Shown one piece after another: positions 45,800 through 56,467 of a DNA stretch of 64,000 bases (the stretch's first letter is position 1; each line of letters starts with the position of its first letter). A program made the position numbers and the translations under genes. This DNA is from Vampirovibrionia bacterium. GTDB taxonomy: Bacteria; Cyanobacteriota; Vampirovibrionia; LMEP-6097. A model generated the notes under the pieces. The model was given only the letters and a program-made list of their open reading frames with translations, was not told where the DNA came from and made no database searches. The stretch covers positions 404 through 64,403 of the forward strand of contig JBMOEX010000001.1 in the NCBI GenBank assembly GCA_049314535.1, in the 5' to 3' direction.

Positions 45800-47740
45800 T
45801 TAGACTTCTACCTTATCCGCTAAACCTTCCCATTCATTAGAGGTTTCAGCTATTTTAGTTTCGATAGTTTCTAGCTCTTTCGTCAGTTTTTCTAGAGCGA
45901 CAAAGTCTTTCGCTGTATCTGGATTAGCAAGTTCTTTTACTAAATTTTCTTTTTGGGCTTCAAGATTTTTTAAATTCTTTTCTAAATTTTTTAATCGTTT
46001 TTGCTCATCCTTAGATTGTTTGCGTTCTTGTATATGCTGTAAGCCTGCTGGTATCTGCTCTTCATTAACGGTGTTAGAAGATTTAGCATTTTCTTTTTCA
46101 GTTTTTAGGCGAGATTCTTCGATCAGGGCTTTTCTTTTTTTAAGGTAATCTGCATAACAGCCTTTGAAGACTATCATTCTGCCATTATTAAATTCCCAGA
46201 TTTGCGTAGCATGGTTATTAATAAAATATCGATCATGCGATATGCAAATGGCAGTTCCTTCATAGCTTGATAGAGCGTTCTCTACCGCTTCTTGAGATGG
46301 CATATCTAAGTGGTTAGTGGGTTCATCAAGTAATAAGGTGTTTGGACCTGTCACCATTAATTTAGCCATCGCTAATCTACCTTTTTCACCACCACTAATC
46401 AGACCAACTTTTTTAAATACCTGATCATTACTAAAGAGAAAGCGTCCTAGTATGCTTCTAATTTCTCCGCGCTGTGTCGGTGGCATGGCTTCTTCTAATG
46501 TCTCTAGTACTGTTTTTTCAGGATCTAGTATCTGAAGCTGATGCTGTGCATAGTAACCGAGGATAACTCTTTCCTCAAATGAGATAGAGCCTTCTGTAGG
46601 TGTTTCCAAGCCCATTAATATTTTGAATAAGGTGGTCTTACCACAGCCGTTTTCTCCTAATATAAAAATACGCTGGGGTTCTTCTTTGCTCCACTCTATA
46701 TCGGCGTTTACTTTGGAGAATAATTTATGATCACCAAAGGCTTTAGCAAGGTTGCTGATTTTTAAAACCTCTCTACCACTTGGATTTGGGAATGGAAATT
46801 TAAAGAATAGTTTTTTGAGTTCACCTTTAGGGGCTTCTATAATTTCTATTTTAGCGAGCTGTTTTTCACGACTTTTTGCCTGGGTACTTTTCGTAGCACT
46901 GGCTCTAAACCTGTCCACGAATGCTCTTTGTTCTTCTAAACTTTTTCTCTGTCTTTCAGCTGCGGCCGCCTGCCTTTCACGATTAGCCTCACGCTGTTCG
47001 AGATATTGAGTGTAGTTCGCTGAATACATAGTGAGTTCACCTCTCTCTAATTCAGCTATTTCCGTGACGACTTCATCTAAGAATCTTCTATCGTGGGAAA
47101 CTACGAGTATACCTTTAGGATAATTTTTTAAAAAATCTTCAAGCCACTCACAGGCAGCCATATCTAAGTGGTTAGTCGGCTCGTCCATTAATATTACATC
47201 TGCTTCTTGTAAAAGGACTTTAGCTAAATTAATACGCATTTGCCAGCCACCGCTGAATTTTCCTACTGGTCTATCTAGTTCTTCTAGAGTGAATCCTAGT
47301 CCAGTTATCATGCGACCTATTTTTTCATCTATGCGTCCCACATCTAAATGCTCTAGCCTTTCTTGAAGAAAACCTAATCTTAGTATTGCTTTGTCAAACT
47401 CTTCACCAGAGAGATTCTCTAGCTGATTTAATATCTCAGCTTCTTCTTCTTTGAATGCGATAATTTCGGTAAATACTCCATAAAGCTCTTCTTTAAGGGT
47501 ATTAGTAGCTGTTAATTCAGGGTTCTGAGTGAGGCATTGTATGTGTACATGTGGAGAGATAGTGACACTGCCTTGTTGAGGTATCATTTCTTGTGTTAGG
47601 CATTTTAGTAAAGTCGATTTACCAGCACCATTGACGCCGATAAGCCCAATTCTGCTTTGGTTGGTGATTCTCAGGTTTACCCCACTCAGAACTTGGTGAG
47701 TGCCGAAATTAACAGTAAGATCTGTAGCCTGAAGGAGCAT
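45800..47740 (-). CDS. ABC-F family ATPase (Uup/EttA-like, two ABC domains plus C-terminal coiled coil)
   Basis: 646 aa. Walker A motifs GVNGAGKST and GENGCGKTT. Two LSGG signature motifs. Lys/Glu-rich C-terminal coiled coil. Confidence 0.85.
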   Translation of the reverse strand: MLLQATDLTVNFGTHQVLSGVNLRITNQSRIGLIGVNGAGKSTLLKCLTQEMIPQQGSVTISPHVHIQCLTQNPELTATNTLKEELYGVFTEIIAFKEEEAEILNQLENLSGEEFDKAILRLGFLQERLEHLDVGRIDEKIGRMITGLGFTLEELDRPVGKFSGGWQMRINLAKVLLQEADVILMDEPTNHLDMAACEWLEDFLKNYPKGILVVSHDRRFLDEVVTEIAELERGELTMYSANYTQYLEQREANRERQAAAAERQRKSLEEQRAFVDRFRASATKSTQAKSREKQLAKIEIIEAPKGELKKLFFKFPFPNPSGREVLKISNLAKAFGDHKLFSKVNADIEWSKEEPQRIFILGENGCGKTTLFKILMGLETPTEGSISFEERVILGYYAQHQLQILDPEKTVLETLEEAMPPTQRGEIRSILGRFLFSNDQVFKKVGLISGGEKGRLAMAKLMVTGPNTLLLDEPTNHLDMPSQEAVENALSSYEGTAICISHDRYFINNHATQIWEFNNGRMIVFKGCYADYLKKRKALIEESRLKTEKENAKSSNTVNEEQIPAGLQHIQERKQSKDEQKRLKNLEKNLKNLEAQKENLVKELANPDTAKDFVALEKLTKELETIETKIAETSNEWEGLADKVEV

Positions 47741-47814
47741 AAGATTCTGATTTTAACATTCTTTTTCAGCTGATCCTTAAGTTAGGCTTAATTTTAATTG
47801 CCGATATTGTCTTT

Positions 47815-48771
47815 ATGGATTTTAAATCGGTTAAATCTATATTCGAGAATTTAATCGAAATTGCTGAACAAGCTGACTCTCAGGCATGGGATGAAAAAGC
47901 TGAGGGGACATCTCCTTTTAAGCAAATGTCTACGAAAATGGTTTTAGAAAAACCTGATGGTAAAATACATCTTGGAATTTACGATAGGGATTATAGAGAG
48001 GCTGTGAGCTTTTGGGATAGCCTAACACAAGATAATAGATATCCTCGGAATCTTATTATTGATCTTGAGTTTTTATTAGATAAACTAGATGGTAATGAAG
48101 ATCAGATTATTAATCTTGAAAAAGTTAAAGAGTCTGTAAATACTTTACCTGAAATAGTTTTAGCAAATATGTTAACTGTTCGTCTAAATAAATCACTTAA
48201 GCTTAATTTAGAAACTTTTCGCAAGCATCCTTATTCGCCTTATACTCGTTCAATTGCAAAAAATAATGTATGTAAAATTAAGGAATTTGCAGAAGAGTAT
48301 GACCTGAAATTGATTGATGTAAATTTAAGTGCTAAATCTTTTAAACTCTTCCCCGAAAAATTAGATGAGATCTTTTTTCTAAATGAAGAAGGGAGATTTG
48401 CTATAGATCATAATGACTTACTTGATGTTCGGGAAATGATTTTAGGTGCTAAGGGAGCTCAAGTATATCTTAGTGGTGGCCTTCTGAAATCAGCATTAAA
48501 TTTAAACATAATTATGCAGAATGATTTAAATGAAGTCTATATGGAGTTTTTACCGAGTAACAGCTCTATTAGTATTGAGATGGTAAATGGTGATAAGTTT
48601 TCTATTTTCACTTATGTTCTTGGTGTAAATCTTTCCGTAAGTAAATCTAATATTATTCTTTTGGCAAGTAGTTCCAATGTTGATATAAAAGCTTCTTTAG
48701 ATAAAAGCACTAAGCTAACGGTTTTAGATCTTGCTCCTGAAAGCCAGATAGACATAAAACGTAGAGACTAA
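47815..48771 (+). CDS. hypothetical protein
   Basis: 318 aa, no motif. Confidence 0.35.
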   Translation: MDFKSVKSIFENLIEIAEQADSQAWDEKAEGTSPFKQMSTKMVLEKPDGKIHLGIYDRDYREAVSFWDSLTQDNRYPRNLIIDLEFLLDKLDGNEDQIINLEKVKESVNTLPEIVLANMLTVRLNKSLKLNLETFRKHPYSPYTRSIAKNNVCKIKEFAEEYDLKLIDVNLSAKSFKLFPEKLDEIFFLNEEGRFAIDHNDLLDVREMILGAKGAQVYLSGGLLKSALNLNIIMQNDLNEVYMEFLPSNSSISIEMVNGDKFSIFTYVLGVNLSVSKSNIILLASSSNVDIKASLDKSTKLTVLDLAPESQIDIKRRD

Positions 48772-48785
48772 GATTGCGGGCTGTC

Positions 48786-49682
48786 TCAATTTCTTAATGA
48801 CAGCATAATCGCTTTCTGTGTATGCAAGCGATTTTCAGCTTGTCTTAAGATAGTAGATTCATGGTTTTTAAGAGCTTCTGCTGTAATTTCCTCACCTCTG
48901 TGGGCTGGAAGGCAGTGCAGGACTATCGCTGTAGGTTTAGCGAAATCTTGAAGTAAAGCAGTGTTTACTTGATATCCAGCAAAGCGTTCTTTACGGAGTT
49001 GAGCTTCTTTCTCTTGCCCCATACTAGACCAGACATCGGTGTAGATAACATCAGCGTCTTTAGTAGCTTCGCCAACACCGTGGCAGACATGAGTAAACTC
49101 TGATTCATAGGCTTTCCCTGGTTCATAACCAAGTGGGCAAGCTATAGAGATCTTTATTCCAAGTTTAGTGCAAGCTAGCATAAGACTTCTAGCAGTGTTA
49201 TTGCCATCTCCGATATAAGCTATTTTAAGATTATCTAGTGTCCCATAGTGTTCTCTGACTGTAAGTAAGTCTGCAAGCGTCTGACAAGGATGTTCTAAAT
49301 CTGTTAATCCATTAATTACTGGTATAGAGCTGTACTCAGCGATCTCTTCGACTATATCGTGACCAAAAGTTCTTATCATCAGCATGTCTAAATACTGTGA
49401 CATAACTCTTGCGACATCATAGCGGCTCTCTCTACCACTGATCATAATTTCTTGAGCATTAAGAAGTACAGGGTGTGCTCCTAGCTGGCTAATGCCTACT
49501 TCAAAGCTAATTCTAGTTCTAAGACTAGGCTTTTCAAAAATCATTCCAACAGATTTACCTTTAAGCAGATGAGAGTGATCACGGCCTGCTTTTAATTCTG
49601 CTTTTAATTCTGCTGAGTGGTTTAATAAATTATATAAATCATCTTTGCTGAGATCGTTTACGCTCAAATAGTGTTTAGCCAT
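48786..49682 (-). CDS. argF: ornithine carbamoyltransferase
   Basis: ..PSLRTRISFE.. (STRTR-type carbamoyl-phosphate site), ..DVWSSMGQE.. (OTC-specific DxxxSMG), ..HCLPAHRGEE.. . Confidence 0.85.
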   Translation of the reverse strand: MAKHYLSVNDLSKDDLYNLLNHSAELKAELKAGRDHSHLLKGKSVGMIFEKPSLRTRISFEVGISQLGAHPVLLNAQEIMISGRESRYDVARVMSQYLDMLMIRTFGHDIVEEIAEYSSIPVINGLTDLEHPCQTLADLLTVREHYGTLDNLKIAYIGDGNNTARSLMLACTKLGIKISIACPLGYEPGKAYESEFTHVCHGVGEATKDADVIYTDVWSSMGQEKEAQLRKERFAGYQVNTALLQDFAKPTAIVLHCLPAHRGEEITAEALKNHESTILRQAENRLHTQKAIMLSLRN

Positions 49683-49708
49683 GAGGCTAATTATATCAGT
49701 AGTTGCAT

Positions 49709-49879
49709 TCAGTGGGGCTTTGCCTCTAAGTATCTGCTAGTAAGTATGTCCTTATCAGAAGAATCTTCACCTATTTTTTTCCAAAAATTCATAGGTTCTT
49801 CAGATCTTTCTCGTGCATTTACAAGAATTACTTCCATTACTTCATCTAAATCTAAAATGTCAGCTCCACCATTCATCAT
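49709..49879 (-). CDS. candidate small acidic protein (56 aa) between argF and serS
   Basis: Minus-strand ORF MMNGGADILDLDEVMEVILVNARERSEEPMNFWKKIGEDSSDKDILTSRYLEAKPH. Composition is protein-like. No RBS or conservation evidence. Confidence 0.2.
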   Translation of the reverse strand: MMNGGADILDLDEVMEVILVNARERSEEPMNFWKKIGEDSSDKDILTSRYLEAKPH

Positions 49880-49954
49880 GTTAATATCAATACACTTTAA
49901 ATATTAACAAGGAATTAAGAATCCTGTTAGATTAAAATTTTTTGTTAATAAAAT

Positions 49955-51235
49955 TTAAACTAGAGAACTCTGCTTCAGATAAGGTCTAAGGGCTTTAGGT
50001 ATTATTATCTCTCCATCCTCGGTTTGATAGTTTTCCATAATCGCAGCTAATGTTCTACCTACTGCTAGTCCTGAACCATTAATAGTATGAACGAATTCAT
50101 TTTTTGATTTTCCTGATTCATCAGTGCGTTTAAATCTTATTTGTGTTCTTCTGGCTTGAAAATCTGAAAACCAGCTACAACTGCTGATTTCTCTATATTT
50201 CTCTTGGCTAGGAAACCAGACTTCTAAGTCATAGCACTTACTTGCACTGAAGCCTAAATCTCCAGCACAGAGCTGAACTTTTCTGTAAGGTAATTCTAGC
50301 GCTTGAAGAATAGACTCAGCGTTATTAGTAAGCCTCTCATGTTCAGCTATAGCATCCTCTTCTTTACAGAGAATGACTAATTCTATTTTATTAAACTGGT
50401 GCTGCCTAATGATGCCGCGTGTATCTTTACCCGCTGAACCTGCCTCTGATCTAAAGCAAGGAGTGTAAGCTGTCATTCTTAAAGGTAGCTGTTCTTCTTT
50501 GAGAATTTCATCGCGGTGAAGATTAGTCAGGGGAACCTCTGCTGTCGGAATTAAATAAAGCTCTTCACCCTCTATTTTAAAAAGGTCATCCTTGAATTTA
50601 GGTAAATTTCCTGTCCCATAGAGTGAATCAGAATTGACTATTACTGGTAAGCTATACTCTTGATAACCGTTTTCTGTAGCTTTATCTAACATGAAATTAA
50701 TTAAAGCTCGTTCTAATTTAGCTAATTTACCAGCGATGACGGTAAATCTACTTTTACTTAATTTAACTCCCCTTTCAAAATCTAGTTCTTGATTGGTATT
50801 GCCTAGGTCGTTATGTTCTAGTGGCTGGAAGCTGAATTGGGGCTTAGTCCCCCACTCCATGATGAATTTATTGTCATTCTCATCTTTGCCGTAAGGTGTG
50901 TCTGAGCTTGGTATATTCGGAAGTTCTAGTAAAAATTCTTGTTGTTTTTCAGCTAAAATAGGCTCTAATTCATTAATTACTTTTAGTTTTTCTTTGATGC
51001 TATTCAACGATTCTATTTCAGAGTCAGCATTTTCACCTTTAGATTTTTTTTGACCAACAGTCTTACTAAGAGTGTTACGCTCTGCTTCTAAAGATTCTTT
51101 TTCGATAAGTTTTTCTCGATACTGCTTATCTATTTCGAGCAGTTCATTTAGAATCTTTTCATAGTGAGGATTCCGTAAAGAAAGTAATTCTTTTATTAAA
51201 TCTGGGTTTTGTCTGATTTTTTTGATGTCAAGCAT
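49955..51235 (-). CDS. serS: serine--tRNA ligase
   Basis: 426 aa. N-terminal coiled-coil arm. Class II motifs ..FRSEAGSAGKDTRGIIRQHQFNKIE.. and ..GSGLAVGRTLAAIMEN.. . Confidence 0.9.
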   Translation of the reverse strand: MLDIKKIRQNPDLIKELLSLRNPHYEKILNELLEIDKQYREKLIEKESLEAERNTLSKTVGQKKSKGENADSEIESLNSIKEKLKVINELEPILAEKQQEFLLELPNIPSSDTPYGKDENDNKFIMEWGTKPQFSFQPLEHNDLGNTNQELDFERGVKLSKSRFTVIAGKLAKLERALINFMLDKATENGYQEYSLPVIVNSDSLYGTGNLPKFKDDLFKIEGEELYLIPTAEVPLTNLHRDEILKEEQLPLRMTAYTPCFRSEAGSAGKDTRGIIRQHQFNKIELVILCKEEDAIAEHERLTNNAESILQALELPYRKVQLCAGDLGFSASKCYDLEVWFPSQEKYREISSCSWFSDFQARRTQIRFKRTDESGKSKNEFVHTINGSGLAVGRTLAAIMENYQTEDGEIIIPKALRPYLKQSSLV

Positions 51236-51257
51236 AGTAATATGATTTTTTGGCTAT

Positions 51258-52070
51258 ATGGTTAGATCTTACAGATTCGCGATAAATAAAGAAGATGATC
51301 TTATTGATTTACCTAATAAGATTATAACCACCAAAAAACAAAATTTAATTCATCAACTCATTAAAGTTTTAAGATACCCTGAGGATGAAGCTCATAATGA
51401 TATTGAATTGATAGATGGTTTTTCTCGTAATATTTATCAAGTAAGGTTACTCACTGAAATTGGTAGCAAAATATTAAAAAAGTTAGATTTCACAATATTG
51501 AATGTGAAGCAGAGTCCTAGAGAGCTTGATACTCATGTGAACTTTTATGTGCCGATTATTAAAAATGAAAATTTTGAATTAATGTTAAGAAAACTTTGTG
51601 AGCTAGGAGTTCAGGAATTTACTCCAGTTTTTTTTAAATTTAGTCAGAAAAAATATTTGAGAAAATTAAAGGAACACTCTTACCAAGAAAGAATCTTGAA
51701 AATTATTGAATCAGCGACTGAACAGTGTGAGGGAGCTGTATTTGCGAAATTAAATCCAGTAATGAGCTTTGAAGATTTAATTAGATTAAATCAGAAAATT
51801 GATAAGGACACTATTAAGCTTTTCGGTTCAGAGAGGCTTTCTTTAAGTGAAATTCTTGGTGAAAATATCGAAAATGCAGGAAATGCTGTTCTACCACGGT
51901 CTCTAGGTTTAAGAAAAGCTTCTCTCCTAATTGGACCAGAAGGTGGTTTAAGTATAGAAGAAGTAGAGGCTTTAGAAAAGCTGGATTTTAAAGGTATTAG
52001 TCTTGGGAAGAGAATTCTTAGAGCGGAGACAGCTGCTGTAGTGTTGTTCACTAAGCTAGGTTTAATTTAA
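51258..52070 (+). CDS. rsmE: 16S rRNA (uracil1498-N3)-methyltransferase RsmE-like
   Basis: ..HQLIKVLRYPEDEAHNDIELIDGF.. and C-terminal ..IGPEGGLSIEEV...SLGKRILRAETAAV.. are RsmE hallmarks. Confidence 0.7.
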   Translation: MVRSYRFAINKEDDLIDLPNKIITTKKQNLIHQLIKVLRYPEDEAHNDIELIDGFSRNIYQVRLLTEIGSKILKKLDFTILNVKQSPRELDTHVNFYVPIIKNENFELMLRKLCELGVQEFTPVFFKFSQKKYLRKLKEHSYQERILKIIESATEQCEGAVFAKLNPVMSFEDLIRLNQKIDKDTIKLFGSERLSLSEILGENIENAGNAVLPRSLGLRKASLLIGPEGGLSIEEVEALEKLDFKGISLGKRILRAETAAVVLFTKLGLI

Positions 52071-53609
52071 TAAGACTTCCATCAAGGCTCGTGCTTTATT
52101 AAAAGTTTCTTGGTATTCAGATTCAGGAGAGGAGTCTGCGACTATACCAGCACCGCATTGTATGGAAGCTTGATGTTTCTCAAGGATAATAGTTCTTATC
52201 ATGATCGCTACGTTTATAGTGCCATCTAAATTAATATAGCCGATGCAGCCACCGTAAGGGCCGCGGGCTTCATTCTCTAATCTGGAAATGATTTTAATCG
52301 CCTCAATCTTAGGGGCTCCAGTGAGAGTGCCAGCTGGGAAACAGGCTTTAAGTAAGGCTATGCTATTAATAGTCTTTTTAAGTTTTCCTTTCACGGAGCT
52401 GACTATGTGTAATACGTGTGAATACTTCTCTACCACCATGTTTTCAGCCAAATGGATAGTGCCGTTTTCACAGACCCTGCCTAGATCATTTCGACCAAGA
52501 TCTACTAACATCACATGTTCTGCTATTTCTTTAGTATCTTTTAAAAGTTTTTCAGTAAGTATTTTATCTTCGTTAGCGTTTTTACCTCTTTTGTAGGTAC
52601 CAGCGATAGGTCTAAGTTCTGCCCATATTTCACTTTCACCATTTTCATTTTCGAGAATCTCCGATTTAATTAACATCTCAGGTGAAGAACCAACTATGCT
52701 AAAACTCTCTTTATCTAAGTGACTGAGATCTACGTTGAAGAGATAGAGGTATGGGGACGGGTTAAGGCTTCTGAGCAAGCGATAAGTGGTAAGTGCGTCT
52801 AACTCAGCTTCAAGGAAAAATCTCTGTGAAAGCACGACCTGGAAGATATCTCCTTCGAGAATGTGTTCTTTTGCCTTTTCAACCATTTCCTTAAAAGCTT
52901 TTTCTGAACTATTAGATTTAAATTTTTTAATTTCCAGCTCTTTAGTATTTTTACTAGAGGTGTCATTAATTTTCTCTAAATGATGTTCTTTCGAGATGAT
53001 TGTAATTAATTGGTTTATAGTATCTGCACTTTTTTGATAGATATTTTTTAGATATTCAGTTTCTAAGCTCTCTATCAGCGAGTTTGAGATTATATAGAGT
53101 TTTTGACCGACATGATCGAAGACTATTAAACTACCTGCTAAATATAGAAAATATTCAGGGAGCGGGCCTTCTTTTAAATCTAAGCTAGGTTCTATCCTTT
53201 GTATCGACTCAAAAGAAAAAAAACCGACGAAACCTTTATGGAAAAATTTTAATTCTTGTGAAATGTTGTGAGTGACAGTATCTTGGATGTTAAGGCTGTG
53301 ATTTTTGTAACTATAATTCGATAATAAATTTTCAATCTCATCATAGGGACTAAAATCATCTGTTTTAAATGAGGAGAATTTATTTAGTGCATTTGCACCA
53401 ATAAATGAATACCTACCAAGCTTTTCACCACCAAATACTGATTCAAATAAAAAACAGTCTTTAAAATGCTGGCTTAATTTAGTATAGGTAGAAACTGGTG
53501 TATCTAAGTCTGAGAGCAGGCAGGTGAAATTACTGATGATTTTCTCACCAGCTTTAGCTTTAGTGATAAATTCTTCTTCGCTTAAATTAAGCTGCGGTTT
53601 CATGCTCAT
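52062..53609 (-). CDS. chorismate-utilising enzyme, anthranilate synthase component I / aminodeoxychorismate synthase family
   Basis: 515 aa. ..AGTLTGAPKIEAIKII..EARGPYGGCIGY.. and ..GAGIVADSSPESEYQET.. . No glutamine-amidotransferase partner is nearby. Confidence 0.7.
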   Translation of the reverse strand: MSMKPQLNLSEEEFITKAKAGEKIISNFTCLLSDLDTPVSTYTKLSQHFKDCFLFESVFGGEKLGRYSFIGANALNKFSSFKTDDFSPYDEIENLLSNYSYKNHSLNIQDTVTHNISQELKFFHKGFVGFFSFESIQRIEPSLDLKEGPLPEYFLYLAGSLIVFDHVGQKLYIISNSLIESLETEYLKNIYQKSADTINQLITIISKEHHLEKINDTSSKNTKELEIKKFKSNSSEKAFKEMVEKAKEHILEGDIFQVVLSQRFFLEAELDALTTYRLLRSLNPSPYLYLFNVDLSHLDKESFSIVGSSPEMLIKSEILENENGESEIWAELRPIAGTYKRGKNANEDKILTEKLLKDTKEIAEHVMLVDLGRNDLGRVCENGTIHLAENMVVEKYSHVLHIVSSVKGKLKKTINSIALLKACFPAGTLTGAPKIEAIKIISRLENEARGPYGGCIGYINLDGTINVAIMIRTIILEKHQASIQCGAGIVADSSPESEYQETFNKARALMEVLLN

Positions 53610-56448
53610 GTTCGTGCTGATCTTTTTCGACTATGCGGGAATGGAATAGCAGACTGACAGTGTTTTTCTTGATATCAAGTAGCAGATCTTCAAACATATC
53701 AAAGCTCTCTTTCTTATATTCGATTAAAGGATCTTTCTGACCATAACCCTGAAGGTGAATACCTTCTTTAAGTGAATCCATCGCTTGCAAGTGCATAACC
53801 CATTTAGAATCTATAACATGCAGCATTATCTGTCTCTCAGCTTCTTTAAGGTTATCAAGTCCTATAATATTTTCTTTTTCATTATAAGCCTTTAGAGCAG
53901 TCTCTTGTAAACCTGCTTCTAATGCTTCGAAACCTTGCTCGGCTAAGTCTTTGATCTTTATATTCTCTAATATCTGTTCACCGAGGTCATTTTTCAACTG
54001 TTCAGTTAATTTATCTATTGAGCTCAGCTCACCATTAGAGTTATCAAACCATAATTCTGTTGGGAGTTTAGGATTAATGTACTGATATAAATCATTCTCG
54101 ATATGCAGTTTAATCATTTTTAAAATATTTTCATGAATATCAGCACCTTCAAGAATTTTTCTTCTCTCTCTGTAAACGACTTCTCTCTGTGTATTTACTA
54201 CGTCGTCATACTGTAAAACATGCTTTCTGACATCGAAGTTATAGGATTCTACTTTCTTCTGTGAATTATTTATGGCTTCAGTGATAATCCCAGCCTCTAT
54301 CGGCATATCGTCATCAGCTTTCATCATGTTCATTATGCCTATCATCTTCTCTCCACCAAAGATTCTCATTAAATTATCTTCTAGTGATAAAAAGAATCTT
54401 GATGAACCGAGGTCGCCTTGTCTTGCACATCTACCTCTGAGCTGATTATCTATTCTTCTGCTTTCGTGTCTCTCTGTACCTATGACATACAGCCCACCAA
54501 GTTTTTTCACTTTTTCTTGGGCTTCTAAATTAACTATATTAAAGTCAGGGCTCTCGTGATCATTAGATTTATAACCACCTAGTATAATGTCAGTTCCTCT
54601 ACCAGCCATGTTAGTAGCTATAGTGATAGCTGAAAGTTTGCCAGCCTGTCTAATAATGTCAGCTTCTTTTTCATGGTGTTTGGCATTGAGTACGGAAAAT
54701 TTAATACCTTTTTTTATTTCCTCGGCTACCATAATGGCTTGTAGCATGGTATCTAAAGCGAAACTTAGCTCTTCACCTTGAAAATCTTCTCTGAGCTTGA
54801 TCGTATAAGGTGAAACTTTCTCTAGTGTTATATTTCCTGGCTTGTCTAATAGTTTTAAGAACTCTTTATCTATAAGATTTTCTTTGTTTTTATTTTTCGC
54901 TAGATTTAAAAATCTTTTAATTCTAGTTTCAAGAATCTGCATCGCATAGAGTGGTTTATCTAGCATACTTGCAAGTAATTCAGATTTCTCTATACTCGTA
55001 GTTCCGACTAGAACAGGTCTTTCCACTTTATAGGCTTCGATGATTTCCACTAAAATTGAATAAAATTTAGCTAGCTCTGTTTTTAAAACTATATCGTTTA
55101 AGTTTTTACGAGCACATTCTCTGTTCGTTGGAATGGTGAGTACATGTAGATTGTAGATTTTTTTAAATTCTTCAGCTTCTGTACTAGCTGTACCAGTCAT
55201 ACCAGCTAGCTTAGGATATAGCCTGAAAAGGTTTTGGAATGTGATACTTGCCATAGTAAGCGTTTCTTCTTGAATCGCTACATTCTCTTTTGCTTCTACT
55301 GCTTGGTGAAGACCATCACCCCAGCGTCTTCCTTCCATTAATCTACCAGTAAATTCATCGACTATAACGACCTCTTTTTTAGTAGTTTTAGAATTAACTT
55401 GTACTATGTAGTCAGTATCTTTAACGAATAATTCTTTCGCTCTTAAAGCCTGTATAAGATGGTGAGCTAGATTGGTTTCTGGGTCCCATAGGTTATTTAC
55501 TTTTAGTAATTCCTCTGCTCTTGAGATTCCAGCTTCAGTTAATATCGCATTTTTAGCTTTTTCATCTACGAAGTAATGAGCTTCTGTACTAAGATCTTTT
55601 TCATTAGCCGTCTTTTTAAGCTGTTTAGCTAACTGATTCATGGCTAAGTAAATTTCTTTTTTACGTCTGTCTGGCATGCCACTGATGATAAGTGGTGTGC
55701 GGGCTTCATCGATTAAAATACTGTCGACTTCATCGACTATCGCCATATAATAATCTTTTTGAACACACTCTGTGATGTCGTTCGCCATATTATCTCTGAG
55801 ATAATCGAAACCGAATTCGTTATTAGTTCCATAGGTAATATCTGACCTGTAAGCTATCTGCCTATCTTTAGAGTTTTTCCCTGAAACTATAAGTCCTACA
55901 CTTAGACCTAGGAAATTAAAAAGCTTACCCATCCACTCAGAATCACGTTTAGCAAGGTAATCATTTACTGTAATAATATGAACACCTCTACCACTGAGAG
56001 CATTTAAATAAGCAGGTAAAGTACATACTAAAGTTTTACCTTCACCTGTCTGCATTTCAGCTATGCCCGTTCTATGAAGTTGAACGCCACCAATGAGCTG
56101 AACGTCATAGTGTCTCATTTTAAGAACTCTCTTAGAAGCTTCTCTGCATACCGCGAAAGCCTCTGGTAGTAAGTCTTCTAGTATCTCTGATAAAGCTTTA
56201 TCATGAGTGGTTCTTAATTGTCCAGGTAATTTAGGGACATCGTCTTCTATAAGTTTTTGAAAAGGAGTTGCACTGATTTTTTCTTGAATTTTAATTTTAA
56301 ATTCATCAGTTTTAGCTTGCAGTTCAGTATCGCTTAATTTAGATATATTTTCTTCAAAAGCATTAACTTTTTCGACTATTGGTTGAATACCATTTAATAT
56401 CTGTTGGTTGGGATTACCTCTAAGTAATTTTAGGAAGCTTTGAAACAT
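53587..56448 (-). CDS. secA: preprotein translocase subunit SecA
   Basis: 953 aa. Canonical N-terminus ..LSDTELQAKTDEFK.. . DEAD-like motor with ..MQTGEGKTLV.. and ..IATNMAGRGTDI.. . The C-terminus ends in a His/Glu-rich tail with no Cys-rich zinc finger. Confidence 0.9.
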   Translation of the reverse strand: MFQSFLKLLRGNPNQQILNGIQPIVEKVNAFEENISKLSDTELQAKTDEFKIKIQEKISATPFQKLIEDDVPKLPGQLRTTHDKALSEILEDLLPEAFAVCREASKRVLKMRHYDVQLIGGVQLHRTGIAEMQTGEGKTLVCTLPAYLNALSGRGVHIITVNDYLAKRDSEWMGKLFNFLGLSVGLIVSGKNSKDRQIAYRSDITYGTNNEFGFDYLRDNMANDITECVQKDYYMAIVDEVDSILIDEARTPLIISGMPDRRKKEIYLAMNQLAKQLKKTANEKDLSTEAHYFVDEKAKNAILTEAGISRAEELLKVNNLWDPETNLAHHLIQALRAKELFVKDTDYIVQVNSKTTKKEVVIVDEFTGRLMEGRRWGDGLHQAVEAKENVAIQEETLTMASITFQNLFRLYPKLAGMTGTASTEAEEFKKIYNLHVLTIPTNRECARKNLNDIVLKTELAKFYSILVEIIEAYKVERPVLVGTTSIEKSELLASMLDKPLYAMQILETRIKRFLNLAKNKNKENLIDKEFLKLLDKPGNITLEKVSPYTIKLREDFQGEELSFALDTMLQAIMVAEEIKKGIKFSVLNAKHHEKEADIIRQAGKLSAITIATNMAGRGTDIILGGYKSNDHESPDFNIVNLEAQEKVKKLGGLYVIGTERHESRRIDNQLRGRCARQGDLGSSRFFLSLEDNLMRIFGGEKMIGIMNMMKADDDMPIEAGIITEAINNSQKKVESYNFDVRKHVLQYDDVVNTQREVVYRERRKILEGADIHENILKMIKLHIENDLYQYINPKLPTELWFDNSNGELSSIDKLTEQLKNDLGEQILENIKIKDLAEQGFEALEAGLQETALKAYNEKENIIGLDNLKEAERQIMLHVIDSKWVMHLQAMDSLKEGIHLQGYGQKDPLIEYKKESFDMFEDLLLDIKKNTVSLLFHSRIVEKDQHEHEHETAA

Positions 56449-56467
56449 CTGAGCTTAAAATTATAGC

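Noticed and set aside
49671-49907. 78-aa plus-strand ORF in the argF-serS spacer
   Set aside because: It overlaps the argF start codon region on the opposite strand and has Ser/Ile-rich, low-complexity composition. The minus-strand 56-aa ORF is the more plausible candidate, if any.
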